The notes under the pieces are model-generated. The model was not told the DNA's origin and did no database searches. It worked only from the letters and a program-made list of their open reading frames with translations. DNA of 64,000 nucleotides from Balanoglossus misakiensis (taxonomy: Eukaryota; Animalia; Hemichordata). The position numbers were made by a program, and so were the translations under genes. The DNA is taken from assembly GCA_040954595.2 (NCBI GenBank), contig CM082579.2, forward strand, positions 8,421,625 through 8,485,624. The letters are read 5' to 3'. The first letter of the stretch is position 1; each line of letters starts with the position of its first letter. Of this stretch, positions 31,746 to 44,349 are shown piece by piece.

Positions 31746-34700
31746 CTAAAGTTCTGTAATTTCCTGGTCGCTTGGTGGCGCTGGGGCGCTGGCTGACGAA
31801 TTCGGCAGCTGCCGAGTCATGTCGGCTTCCACATAGTCCGTTGGCGGTTGCTTCAGTAAAATATCTGGAGGATCGCTGGGGCTGTTGCCTCCCTCATGCC
31901 GGGACACACATAGCCGATCGTTGTCGACGGTGTACGAGGGAGGAATCGACGTCAGAACCGCCTGGGGACGCAAAACATCTGCCGCGTCTATGCTGCCAAC
32001 ACCGTACGGAGGTGGGATGGATTTATTTTCCTTGGCAAGAATTTTGATTTGACGTGTGTTTGGGTGAATAACTTGCCCTAGGGGGAAGACAGAGAGTTCG
32101 GATTAGTACCGAGCCGAACCACAATGTCTGAAAACTTGTTTTCGCTGCTCTATCTTCACACAAATGAGCTTATGGGCGTATTAAATATAAATCTCGCCGC
32201 GTTTTCCTCCCTGTTCAACGATTGTGTACACATGCACTGCACACCTGTAAATCTTTTACCTCGAGTACATCCCGGGGGAGTACCTGCGTCGGTGCACAGG
32301 GAAATTATCTATAAGGCAGGCATGTCGTTGTTTATTCCCGTACAGATGGCCCACTTCTGCCGTCTTTAATGTGTGTGTGTTGTTGTTGTTGTTGTTTTTC
32401 AATAAAGAATACGTAAAACAACCATTGCCTACAAAGTACATATATGTTCCTCTGAACAGGTCTGCGAGTTTCTTCCCTTTTCTCTGCAAGACACGAGCTG
32501 GTTCGTCCGTTGTCAAAGATTTATTAATTAACAAGGCTATTCGGTAGTTTGCATTCTTCATTAGTTGACTGGGCGCCGATACGAATAAGGACAGAGATCG
32601 TGCAACCATAGACAGAAGAAGGAGATCTACTGCAGTCTATGGTTCTGGTTCAAATAAGAATTTTCATTGAAAAAAAAAAACACTTTAAAACGGCAAAATG
32701 TGGGGCATCTTGTGAGGAAATCAACCTCCGATAATGTGGAATCTCCTTGTGCCAAGTACGCTTGGTTGTAGCATGGTCTTAATCTATGTGGGTTAGCGCG
32801 AAACTGATGCGATCAAATATACAACAAGAGCCTAGCTACCTTCGGAAACGATGACTACGCTGCCGTCAGCCGCTTCGATGACGTGATCTCCTGGTTGAAG
32901 AGTGTGCAGCTCGCCCGATTCGCTGTCCGATGTCTCTGAGTGCTAATATATATATATACATACGAAATAATGTTAATCACCATTTTCAGGACCGACAACC
33001 GTTTTTATGAAGAAATTTTAGAAAGAATAGTTAGTTAAAGTGATCGGTTTTCTGTCTTTAATCACACACCTGGGCATATTTTTCTTATTGTAAATATTGT
33101 TATTAACCCGTGTCCACGCTCAAAAACGTCTGAACTGCAACGCCTGAAATAATTCATGCCGAGATTGCTTACCGACTTCTTGTCCTGTCCGAGACAGCAC
33201 GCGCCTGCGCAGCTCATGATGACAGCGGACGACGCCAGTATCACTTCGGTGACACCCATCATGAGGCAGACAGCATAGGTGGCTCGACTGGTCTGGATGA
33301 CGTCATCGGCAGCAGCGCCATCGTGGAGCAGTCCGAGGATGGAGAGAACGCAGTTCGCCAGGGCGGACATTATTGTGACCACGTTCAGTGTCAGCAAAGT
33401 TTTAATCTAAAATACAACAAAAATGAGGGGTGGGTGTGATTCTTCCATTTCATATCGTCAAACGTTAAAATTAAAATGGTTACAAATACGGACACCTGGG
33501 AACTTAATCAAATGACCTGTAATATGTCAGCCTGAGGAAGTGAAACAGGTGGTAATGACAGTAGCGTTTCAAAGGACGATAACTGTAGACTACTGTATTT
33601 TAGTATTTTTATTTAGGTAGTATTTGGTTATAACAATATGCCAGTTTCTTGGGGGGGGGGGTGTCTAAGTTTTGCCGAAATGCCAACATTTCTCGTCGTC
33701 AACAGTAAACTTGTATACGTGCAGTGACCATTACTTTTGGGGCAGCCATTGCGGAAACAAAGATAATGTTGAGGGGCTTTGTGATCTGATGCTAATTTGC
33801 CGGCTGACCAGGTATATGTATGAAGATATTGAGAATCAGACTTGATGAAGCAGAAGATGTTGATTTCACGGTGAAAAGATAGCAAACTTAAGGGCGAAAC
33901 ATTGCGAAAGCCAGCGTCGACTAACATGCATTGTTTTGTTCAAGACTTCGCATTTTCCACAGTTTGAGGTGAAAACAAAAGCGCGTCGCTTGGGTCCCAA
34001 TTTCCGGACATGGTTGCTAGGTGAGCATTATCAGTGAAGCAAATCGTGGGTGTACGGCAAATAAAATCCACGCTTATTTACAAAATATCAAGCGAAATCT
34101 GGCATTTTACTACAATGCTGTCTGTTTCGTGGAGATAATGTTTTCTAAGGTCGGCGGAATGAAGATTACGGCGTCTTAATCATTGTTGTTTTGGTACATG
34201 TATATACGCAAAGGATTATCAAAGTTTAGCAAAATAGTTTCCTACCGTGCACGCCCCGGGGAAGGTTTTCCGTTTCCCAGACAACAAACCCATGAGACCG
34301 GCCAGTGCTGCCTGTTGGATTTTAAAAGAAAAAAGTCACAAAATTAATAAACAGGCTTGCATGTCATTTTCGCGCATTTGTGTGACTTGGCTTATGATGA
34401 TGGGACTGAACGTTAATCCCGCGAGAACGATTCGTGTCGCACCGTGCGGGTGCGGTTACCATAGTAGTCGCTTCCAATTTTCAAGTTTACTTCTAGACCT
34501 ACATGTATTTACCCATTTTCAACAATTATTATGACATTATTAGGTTGTATTTATTTGATATAGTACGTTTTTCATGGCCTTCCGCTATGCGTAAAATACT
34601 TTTTATAACCAAATTAAGAGACAATTTTTCAGAAAAAAAACGATATTCCCCAAATCTTTCAACTGCTCAGTTTACAGAGTTTATGGAGGCGTATTTTACC

Positions 34701-36320
34701 TTAGTCTAGAGTCCAGACTCGTGTGTTTTTCGCACTGCAAACACACGACTCGGAGTCTCAGAGGATTCTTGACTAATTCTACCGTGGTTTCAGACTCTCG
34801 TCCGCGTGAATGGTGTCTCGAAGGCTTACTTAGGTGTTGCCAGAAATGAACTCATTTAAAAAAAGTGGCGAAGGGAAAATGAAACGTCGGCCATGAACAC
34901 TCAACATACGTATACATCATCAGCACGGCGGCCCCGGGAGCTAGGCAAAAGACGGTTTGGCGCCAGTGCATGATCGCAGCTTTGCGGAACAGGAAGGAAA
35001 TGGCTTTTTGGGGTCGACATTTCAAGAGTAGGCCCACCAGGTGAAGATTTGGCGGGGTTGTTTTTTCTTCAGCGCCTTCTTTTCAAAACGAAGCGTACGA
35101 GAGTAATCTTGACCGAACCATTGTCAAGTAGATATATGTTGGGTCCTCTTGATGGATATGAGGCGGTCCTGAATCGCGTGTGTTGCGCCATGCATGGCGT
35201 AGGCCTACCCACTGTGCGCGCGCAGAATACAACCCGTCGCAGCGAACAAACAATAATGCCCCGTGGGTGACATCGGTGCTGAAATCTTCACTTCCAAAAT
35301 TCAAAAATCGCATTTAACAAGTAAAATATTAAGCGACACGCACGGTGATTACAGAGTCTGGGGTATCATATCTATATCGTATCATATATCGTATATATTT
35401 CATGCATACATGCACATCTCATGTTTTATTTGTTAGAGATCCATTCAGTGTACCCCACGTTTGGATATTTTCTGTTCTGTGAAAAATCTGCTATCTTGTT
35501 CGCGCTATAAATCTCCGCACCTTGATGAAATACCATATCATTTGGTATTTGTCTCAACGTTGAATTTGATAATTCATTTCCGGATCCGCGGTCACTCCTG
35601 AACAACTTAAAAAATTATGAGCTAGGGATTATCTGCGAGATTTTACTTGTCGCCAGTTTCCTCCTTGGCTACGATCAAAGCATTGAGTTTGAATCTCGAA
35701 CGCCAGCGGATATAACAACGAGAACGAAAATACCGTAAAACATGTCTTTTAGCTAGCTACCGTGTTCAATGTTTAGCTAGATGTGTAATTCGCTCATTAA
35801 AGATGTCGCTACTTTAACAAGCTTTCTCCGAGTCGATATTTACCATGGTTAAGGTGTCGTCGTGTAGCCAAATTAAAACAAAACATGCTGACGGTACTGG
35901 AAATTCGGTCTAAATTATGCAGGTAATTAAAAGAGGTTTATAGTAGAGGGAGGGAGGGAGGGAGGGAGGGAGGGAGGGAGGGAGGGAGGGAGGGAGGGAG
36001 GGAGGGAGGGAGGGAGGGAGGGAGGGAGGGAGGGAGGGAGGGAGGGACACGTCCTAGAAGCGTTGTGAAAAGAAAATAATTTGTATATTGCATGTATTTA
36101 AATGTAGGTTGACAGGAACTGAAGACACGCGCATGCAAACATAACATCATACACAAACATAGAATTAACTTACTATAACACCGCTCCAGACGGGGGCAGC
36201 GATCCACCTGACGCCAGACGTTGCGACGAACATGGCCGTGATCCCGAGAACTGCACTGACCGACCCGCATATGAGTAACACCACGCCAATCACACACGAG
36301 CTGCGCTGGTCATACGCCAT
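31746..36320 (-). CDS. MS4A/CD20-like four-transmembrane protein (~293 aa, 5 exons)
   Basis: Exons 36320-36174 (MAYDQRSSCVIGVVLLICGSVSAVLGITAMFVATSGVRWIAAPVWSGVI), 34311-34246 (AALAGLMGLLSGKRKTFPGACT), 33406-33173 (IKTLLTLNVVTIMSALANC...SCAGACC), 32942-32840 and 32077-31746. All GT-AG with consistent phases, 882 nt. APVWSG before TM2, a Cys cluster after TM4 and PPPY/PPSY in the tail are typical of CD20-like proteins. Confidence 0.82.
35946..36047. repeat. (GGGA)n microsatellite
   Basis: Seen directly in intron 1 of the MS4A-like gene. Confidence 0.97.
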
Positions 36321-39300
36321 CTTGTTCGAAGAACAGGTGTAACGACAGTTTTTCTGCGGCTTCAGATATTGAACTCTTGGATCTCGTCCGGCCTCCTATT
36401 ATGGGACATACTTCTGTCTTGGTTAATTCGCAGCTGTCGACGAAAAGAGCGAAAGCGGAAAAGAAAAAAAATATTGACCGATTGCCGCGGGTATTTGTCA
36501 TTAAAAACGGGATGTTTGTAAGACTAAATACTAGTAATATTATTTTTAACGATGCTGGTCTTTACCACCACGCACAATATAACAGATCAATCATGGGATG
36601 GCAATTCACGAGTCGATCCATTATCTCGTGATGAAGCTACTGAATTCTTGCTATCATCAACATTCACCGAAATATAATGATTTGTCCAACCAGGATCATT
36701 ATTTCAGTTCAAAGACGCGGCGACAGCTGCGCTATTTTCTGCCTCGGTAACTTTTAAAGCCTTTCCGAGCTTTCCATTATAGGTAGATTATACATGGTGA
36801 AACAGTAAAATCAAACTAATATAATTTTGATTTTACTGTTTCACGTTTTCGTGTACTTGACTTGAATTGAGCTACAATATTTTCACATTTAATTTAAACC
36901 AATTTGAGGTACCGCATCCCACGCCAACCGGTACCTCATTGCCAAGAAATACTTTATTCGTTTATACACAGACTGTCTGTGGTTTATACAGTGAAACTAG
37001 TATACATGTAAACCGAACCCTGTCTAACCTGGAAACTAAGAAACTCCGACCCAGAAACTTTGCGTCTTTGGTGAGTGTAAGCTTACGACAAAGGCGGCAT
37101 GGCAAATGGTGTTGCGCTGTCATTCAACATGCCTATATGACGGTTTCAGTCGACTTTCCCCCTTCTTTATTTCCGACCGACTCTATTTTTTTCTGACATG
37201 CAAATTACGAACGACTTGGTTTATCCGTGCGTGTCTCATCTGAGGAAATACATTCAGGCCGAGGAATAACCCTACTCCCCATAGACAGACAACACCGACA
37301 AGTTTCATAATTAATGAGCAGAAAAGGATTGCTTCGGGGGTGCTTCCATGATTTCAAGGATTACGTCGACTATGCTTGTCAAAGACATCAAAAACAGTCG
37401 GGCAGCTTTGAGAGTGTTCGACCTAGCCCTAAAAACCAAGAACTGGCTGACTGACCGTGTTGAGCTGAAGTGGTCAAAACCTCTCTTGTCAAGTCGTAGT
37501 GAACAGGTGCGCATCAATGACCTTTGGACAATGGTGTACATGTACATGTAAATGGTCAAAGGGTCTCCTTGTGTGACTCCGGCCACAGTTTTGGTCTATA
37601 CACATTTGTTTTTCAAAGTCTTTGAATATAATAAAATGCAGTACAGTACATTGCAATAAAGAGCGGTGCAGTACAGTACAGTACAGTACAGTGCAGTGAA
37701 TGGCAGGGCAGGCCTCGCCAGACCCAGACTAGGCCAGGGGAGGGCAGTGGATGACGTACATCTATCAATTTCCTGACTTACTTTGGGGAGAATAATATTC
37801 GACTAGCGAGACTGTTGTTCACCCGTAACATGACATACATGTTGTATTCAGTGTACCCTGTGGACATTCCACTCTAGTTCTGTTTATTATACTGCACGGT
37901 ATTTCCGTGTACGTGGTTTAATGTGGCTGCCGAGAGTTTCAATAATCCATCAGTTGGATTGATATAGAAGACGGCCTCAATTGATCCAGAACACGGTTCA
38001 ATTTCTTGACTACCTCCCCGTCTCTATCTGCATTAATAATACCATGACTGCTATACCACAACGTCTCCTCGAGAGTTGCTGTGCATGTGTTAAACTTCAT
38101 GAAGAGTGGCTCTTGCTACCTCTTTGCATTCACAACTGTATTACGGATACATTCTCTGAGTATCGTGGAAAAGCCTCGACTTTTGCTAGTACATTCATTT
38201 TAGTGCATGTTTGCACGAATACAACTGGACCAGTCGTGGTGTCAGTTCTTTTCACACTTACCAGGGCGTTCGTTCGTTCGTCGACACAGGACCCGGAACC
38301 ACTTTCACCTTCACAATCAATGATGGCGGCCGAACGTTTCTGAATGCAAGGCTATTACAACGAGGGGATGTAAACAGACAAGAAATGAACAATACCCGAG
38401 CCCGCAGGACATGAATATGCATGAGAAATCCCACAGCGGACAACATTCTTCGCGCACAAGAGCATCACAGCCTCCGGGGTACGTACGGGTAAGCGAGATC
38501 ACCAGCCACGTCGGAATTTTGGAAGTGCCATAATATACGCTGGCAGGGGACTACGAACCCAGACTGAGTCGGCCAGCCTAGACAAATCACACACGCTTCC
38601 TGGCATTTTTTCTAAAAACCTTTTTGTTTTGAAATACTAGTTTCAGTTAGTGTGAAAGTGACCCAGTATAGAGGCAAACATTGACATGCATTCACCACAC
38701 AAATCGTCACCATTTCTTGCCGAATATGAAAAACTTGATAAAGTACTACCCGAAATGCGCATCTTGTAAATTGCTGCAATGACTTGTTTTATATCACCTC
38801 GATATATAACTTATATAAAGTTAAAACATTTGTGTGGGTTCGGTCGCTTTGTAATTATTTTTTACTAGCGCTGAAAGCGTATAAACAAATTTCTTCAAAG
38901 TAGTGATACACTGTCGATTCCCAGGTAGGTGACACTTCAATCTGTTATAACGCTTAATCTTCCTCGAAGCAGACATTTCAATGGATTGAATTTGTCATAG
39001 AACTTCATCTCTGGTTTGTGCGAGGCACCTATTGTTCTGTATAGACGCCCCCATCGTCCAACTTACACACTCTGTTGTTTTCACCAACCCGGTCTTTCCC
39101 TCAATCTCCCAAACACGAAAATGTAGTTAAAACATCGACTTTATTTTAAACAAAATAATACAATATCGGTAATTATAATGCTTGTATGATTTACTGTACA
39201 AATGTGACAAAACACATCACATGAAAATGCCACGTCAAGCTCGTGAGAGCACGACAGTACGACAAAACATGAATAGACCCCCACCACCACAGACAACAGA

Positions 39301-39719
39301 TAGCACTTGTCTGACATACTAAATATTTGCAAGCCTGGGCGCTTAGATATAGGCTGTACTCGTTTCATTTAATCCGGCATGGGTGTCATTCACCTTCCGT
39401 GTGTTCCAGACCTTTACCAAAACACCCATACGTAGCCCAGAGCTGTTGTTTCGAAATGCATAATGTAGAAGTTGTGACGCCAACACATGTTCTTGCCACC
39501 TCAGATCAACAGCTGGAAAAAACCACAGCTGACGAGCTTTACACACGTAGCGCAAAGCATTTACCCTCAAGGTGCAAGATTACCACCGATTTGCACGTCA
39601 TGCCCCAGAAAAACATGGCAAAATCAGCTTTTTGCAAAGGACACGTGCCCAAGTTGTGACGTGCTGAAGTTTTATGTAAATTCCATGAGTTTGACATTAT
39701 GGCTAGAAAAAAGTCTTAA

Positions 39720-40329
39720 AGGGGAAATCCGCTGTAGCTGATTTCTACATAATTTGGTAGCTTTGATGTCTCTCTTTCAGAAAAAAACATATTCGCCATG
39801 TATAGGTCGCGCGATTTTTTACAAAATGTAGGGAAAGTTGGCAGAATTTCCAATATGGCGTTTACTGTAATTTGAATCATGGGAAAAAAAGCGCCAGGAC
39901 CAACTTCCGCCCACCTTGGTGTGGGTGATACCATTTTCCGATTGGTGTCACTGTGTCACAAGCTAAGCGTATTTGCATATTTTTCATGGGTTATAGCTCA
40001 TGAAAACTGTCAATAGATGACAAATTTTCGACTTTGCTGATGATTGTTTATCAACTGATGCAAAGAACAAACAATAGCTATGAAAATACGCCTAGTCTGT
40101 CGACCAGTGACACCAATCGGAGAATGGTATCACCCACACCATGGTGGGCGGAAGTTGCTCCTGGCGCTTTTTTTCCCATGATTCAAATTACAGTAAACGC
40201 CATATTGCCAACTTTCCCTAGATTTTGTAAAAAATCGCGCGACCTATACATGGCGAATATGTTTTTTTCTGAAAGAGAGACATCAAAGCTACCAAATTAT
40301 GTAGAAATCAGCTACAGCGGATTTCCCCT
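39720..40329. mobile_element. 610-bp MITE with ~230-bp TIRs and TTAA TSD (Kolobok-like)
   Basis: TTAA|aggggaaatccgctgtagctg ... cagctacagcggatttcccct|TTAA; arms nearly identical apart from a few substitutions and a 9-bp indel. Confidence 0.9.
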
Positions 40330-43300
40330 TTAATAGATCACAGATATTTTTTTAACAGGGATCACTTAATTCAACCAGTAAGTACACAATTTCACAAATC
40401 GGACATGAAAAATTGCACTGGCCCATAGACAGTACCTGAAGTGAAAACTAAACACTTTATCTCTTTGGAGGAAAATGGTTAGCACAATACATGTAGATGT
40501 AATGCTGTTTTGCTGCTGGTGCTGTACAGCTGGGTTGGTGTGTGCTACTATGCAGATGCTGCTATGGGTTTGCCACTGATGCTTGCTACTGGGGTGCAAT
40601 TAATTCCAATGTTATGCAGACACTGCAGTTGCGGATGCCGTTGCTGATATGTCACCATGGCGACACTGCAGTGCAATGATGTTGACGTGCAGACTTTGCA
40701 CATGCACAGCAAAACAGACATGTTGCTGTTGGGTGGCAGTTGACGCCCGGGTTATGAAGCTGCTTCAGTGCAGACAATGCTGCTGCTGTTGTGCAGATGC
40801 AAAGCAGATATGCAGGTATGCTGTTGACACCTGCACGGCGCTGACAAGCTGGTGCGGTCATCCAGCACCCAGACACTAAAATGGAAATTAAATGCAGTCA
40901 ACGCTGCAACACAAATGGTGCAGTGGTGCTGCTATGCCAAGCCAGCCACACTGATGCTGCACAGACACTGCAGCAGAACTGCTGATGCCGACAACGCTAG
41001 GCTGGTGACATCGGGCGGATACAGCAGCAATTGGGTTGCAGTGTACCGGTACTTCTGCTATGTAGATCATACTTCTATGCAAATACTGATGCCATGCTGC
41101 AGATAAATGCTCTGCAATTAAGGATGCCATGCAAATGCTTATAATCATTGTGTAGCTTACGTTATCTATATAAACAATATTTATCTGATTATACTGGGGG
41201 AAAAACTCAATGCTTGAGGTAGTGTGGGTAAGAGAGATACCGGTAAATAAAAAATACATAATTTATGAAAATCTTCTATACCAGCAAAAACAAAATATAC
41301 CGGTAACTATCTTTGTCTAGTAAACGTTTCAAAAGTTTAATCAACCTCAGAGATATGTTGCAATGTGACCGAGTTTTTTCTTTTTTTCACTTCGCTGGCC
41401 TGAAATGAATTCTAATTAACCAATTAATAATGTATGATGACTCAACTTTTGGCTCTTGTATTGGCAGATATGAATGATGAAGTATCGACAGATAACAGCA
41501 CTCTGACTTGTGTTTCCTTAAAATGCTTGTATTTGTGGTAAAACGGAATGCAGACTTTGGAATGGCATGACTAAATCCGGACACTGGGCTTGTGTGTACA
41601 GGTATCAGGTGAGGTGGGTACTGGCTTGTCCAGCTGTGGCGTCTAAGTGTTGCTGCTCCACACAGATTTGGCCCACTGCTGCTTGTCTCACTCGGACGAA
41701 TGGTTCATCGAAGCACGCGACACGCATCATTGTTCGTTGCAAAGCCAGTCCTGGAGAATAGCCAAGATTCTGCGACACTGAAACCCTTTGTGTCCTGGCC
41801 AAATTGGTGACATATGTCACTGTTTCTTCCGGGTTGGGTCAAAGTGTTGAAACGCGGTGAAACTGACAATTCTTCTTTCATGTATCACTACAACGTGAGC
41901 AGCTTTCACACTAGTGATGTTGAGTCTTAAACCCCAAAAGTGGGCACCCACATCACATGTACATTGCCAAGTACACTAATTTCCATTTGAGCTTTCAATT
42001 GACACAAGACCAGGATGAGCATTCGGGATCAGGCTCTCCCACATTCCATCATCTGTCACTCAAGTAAAATACATAATTTATCAAATTAATATACACGTAA
42101 TTAGTCATTAAGTGGATAAATAAAGTCAAAATATACAAATAAATTTGACAGAGAACTTATAAAAATATTATGATAAAAGTGACATAATAATAAATGTCTG
42201 GAGGATGAAAAGAAATGTAATACATGTATAAAGATATGATGTCATGGAAAGATTATAAAACGGCTACTTAAATAACTATAACAGTATAAAAAATGTATAA
42301 ACAGTCGTAAGTTTTATGCAATATTGCTTGATGGTCTGGTTTGGTAAAATTCCTTGTCGAGCATTTACTCATCCGGTTTTGTTAATGTTTTCAAGTTTCA
42401 CTAAATCATTGTGACCTATGACCTTTTCAAATTTAGATTATATAATTTTTTAATATGTCAAGTTTTATTTTTTCAAATCGAAAAATGTTTCCATTTTGTT
42501 CCATTTTTTCCCCTGACACTATTGCTGTTTGATGTTACCCCCCCCCCCAAACAAGGCTATACAATCATTTTCCCAAGTGACTTACATAGCGGGAACTGTT
42601 CCCACATTCTCACTATCTCTTTTTTCACTGTGGCAATGATAAAAAACTTTTAAAGAAAATTTGGTTCCTGTTAGCCATGTATGACAGGTCTTCAGGACAA
42701 TCAGTGATTTTAAAATAAACCCCTTCCATTAGCACTGTCCCAGTTACCGACCGTACCAAAACTTAGCCGGGTGAAAATCTTATGCATTACACAGTTTATC
42801 ACAGACACCCGAACAGGACCGGCCATTCAAATTTTGCTAACATGATTCTTAAGGATGTACTTCATATCATAACTACTTGAGCTGGTGAATCATCGATACC
42901 AAAAAACAAAATGAATTAAGATTTGGAATGTGCTCCATAGGAGACATATAACCTGACCATTTCTGATTGACATTATCAAGTTATAAAATCAGCCACATTT
43001 TGGACAAGACAAGGAAACGTATGTCAATAAATTAGCACAATGGAACTGTACGGTAGTAGTGCATCATAACTTACAATAGCCACCGGTGGTCACACCCATG
43101 GCAGTCGCGCATTGACTGGTGAGACACATTAATTACTCTATACGTTCGTTACAAGCCTCGTTTTGCAATGAAGACGGAGAAAAAGGTATCTAACCACTGG
43201 AAGCACTTAACTTGCACTGCATTGTGACGCTAATTTTGTTTCTAAAAAACACTGATACAGGTTAGTTTACGTGTTCATGAGTAAAATGGACACCAAGTCA

Positions 43301-44349
43301 CAAAACAGTCTATTTCTTTGTAAATGGCTTCAATGAGCGAGTTTGTCTATTTTACACGGTTTTCAAAGAACGCGACAGTTCACATTTTCCACATGATTTC
43401 ACAAACCAGCTATTTTCTCGCAGAGATGCACATAAACACGGTCACGTGCATATTTCTTCTGTTAAATTACTTAAACAGCTAGATCACTGTTAATTTGACT
43501 ATAAACCTGACTTACCAATGTGACTCAGATACAGAACATGAATGATTTAGTCACTTGGTAAGAATGACAGTAATATTATAATTATATCATGCTGAGTTGC
43601 GGATATACAAATCTCACCAACAATCAGCAAACAATAACACTGCTAGAAATAGCCCATACTCAATGTGATCTCACAACACGGCTAGATCATGTATGAATGT
43701 TATATAGCCAATGGATCATCCATACAAAGTTGGCAGGGGGTTGATCTCAGACTTGTGCTTGACCACAGTGAAGAAGACGCTGTTAAAAATAAAATGATTC
43801 AGCTCCATCATCTCAAAACACCAGCTGACTGGTTGGTCCGGGATCCATTTTTAGTAGTCACAGGACTTAGACTTCAGTATGTAATATGTGTGATATGCTG
43901 TAGTATCTTCCAATCTATTTACTGAATCTGATTGATGAGGACATCACAGAAAGAGATACATGCACGTCGCCCTTCGAGTGCCAGTCCCTCCACAAGTCTA
44001 ATTCAATACTTGATTCCATGCTTGCACAGAGGCAGAAGATGCACGCAATAGGTAAGTTACGTTACTTGCAAAAAAAGTCCAACAGGAATACGCGACCAGC
44101 ATATGGCACGTGTTGCCTCATATACCACATATAATTACGGTACAGACAATACAAAGGATACTGCAACTTGAATCACCTGTGGTATTCACTCACATGTTCA
44201 GCACACTGATAGGCGATAGGTTCAAAGGTGACTACAGTAGTTCAGAGGTCATACTTCACGATGGTCCTTCTTGGAAGGTTCACGTAAGTTGGAGTTCCCG
44301 GAAAACTGGCATTTCCGTGACGGTGATTCCTGTCGGGCAGTGCATCTAG

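Noticed and set aside
39716-40333. Two near-identical ORFs on opposite strands (MVSPTP...SYSGFPL)
   Set aside because: Mirror translations of the MITE's inverted repeats, not duplicated genes.
40649-40879. Cys-rich metallothionein-like ORF
   Set aside because: Cys richness comes from TGC-rich low-complexity DNA; lacks regular CxC/Lys metallothionein spacing and gene signals.
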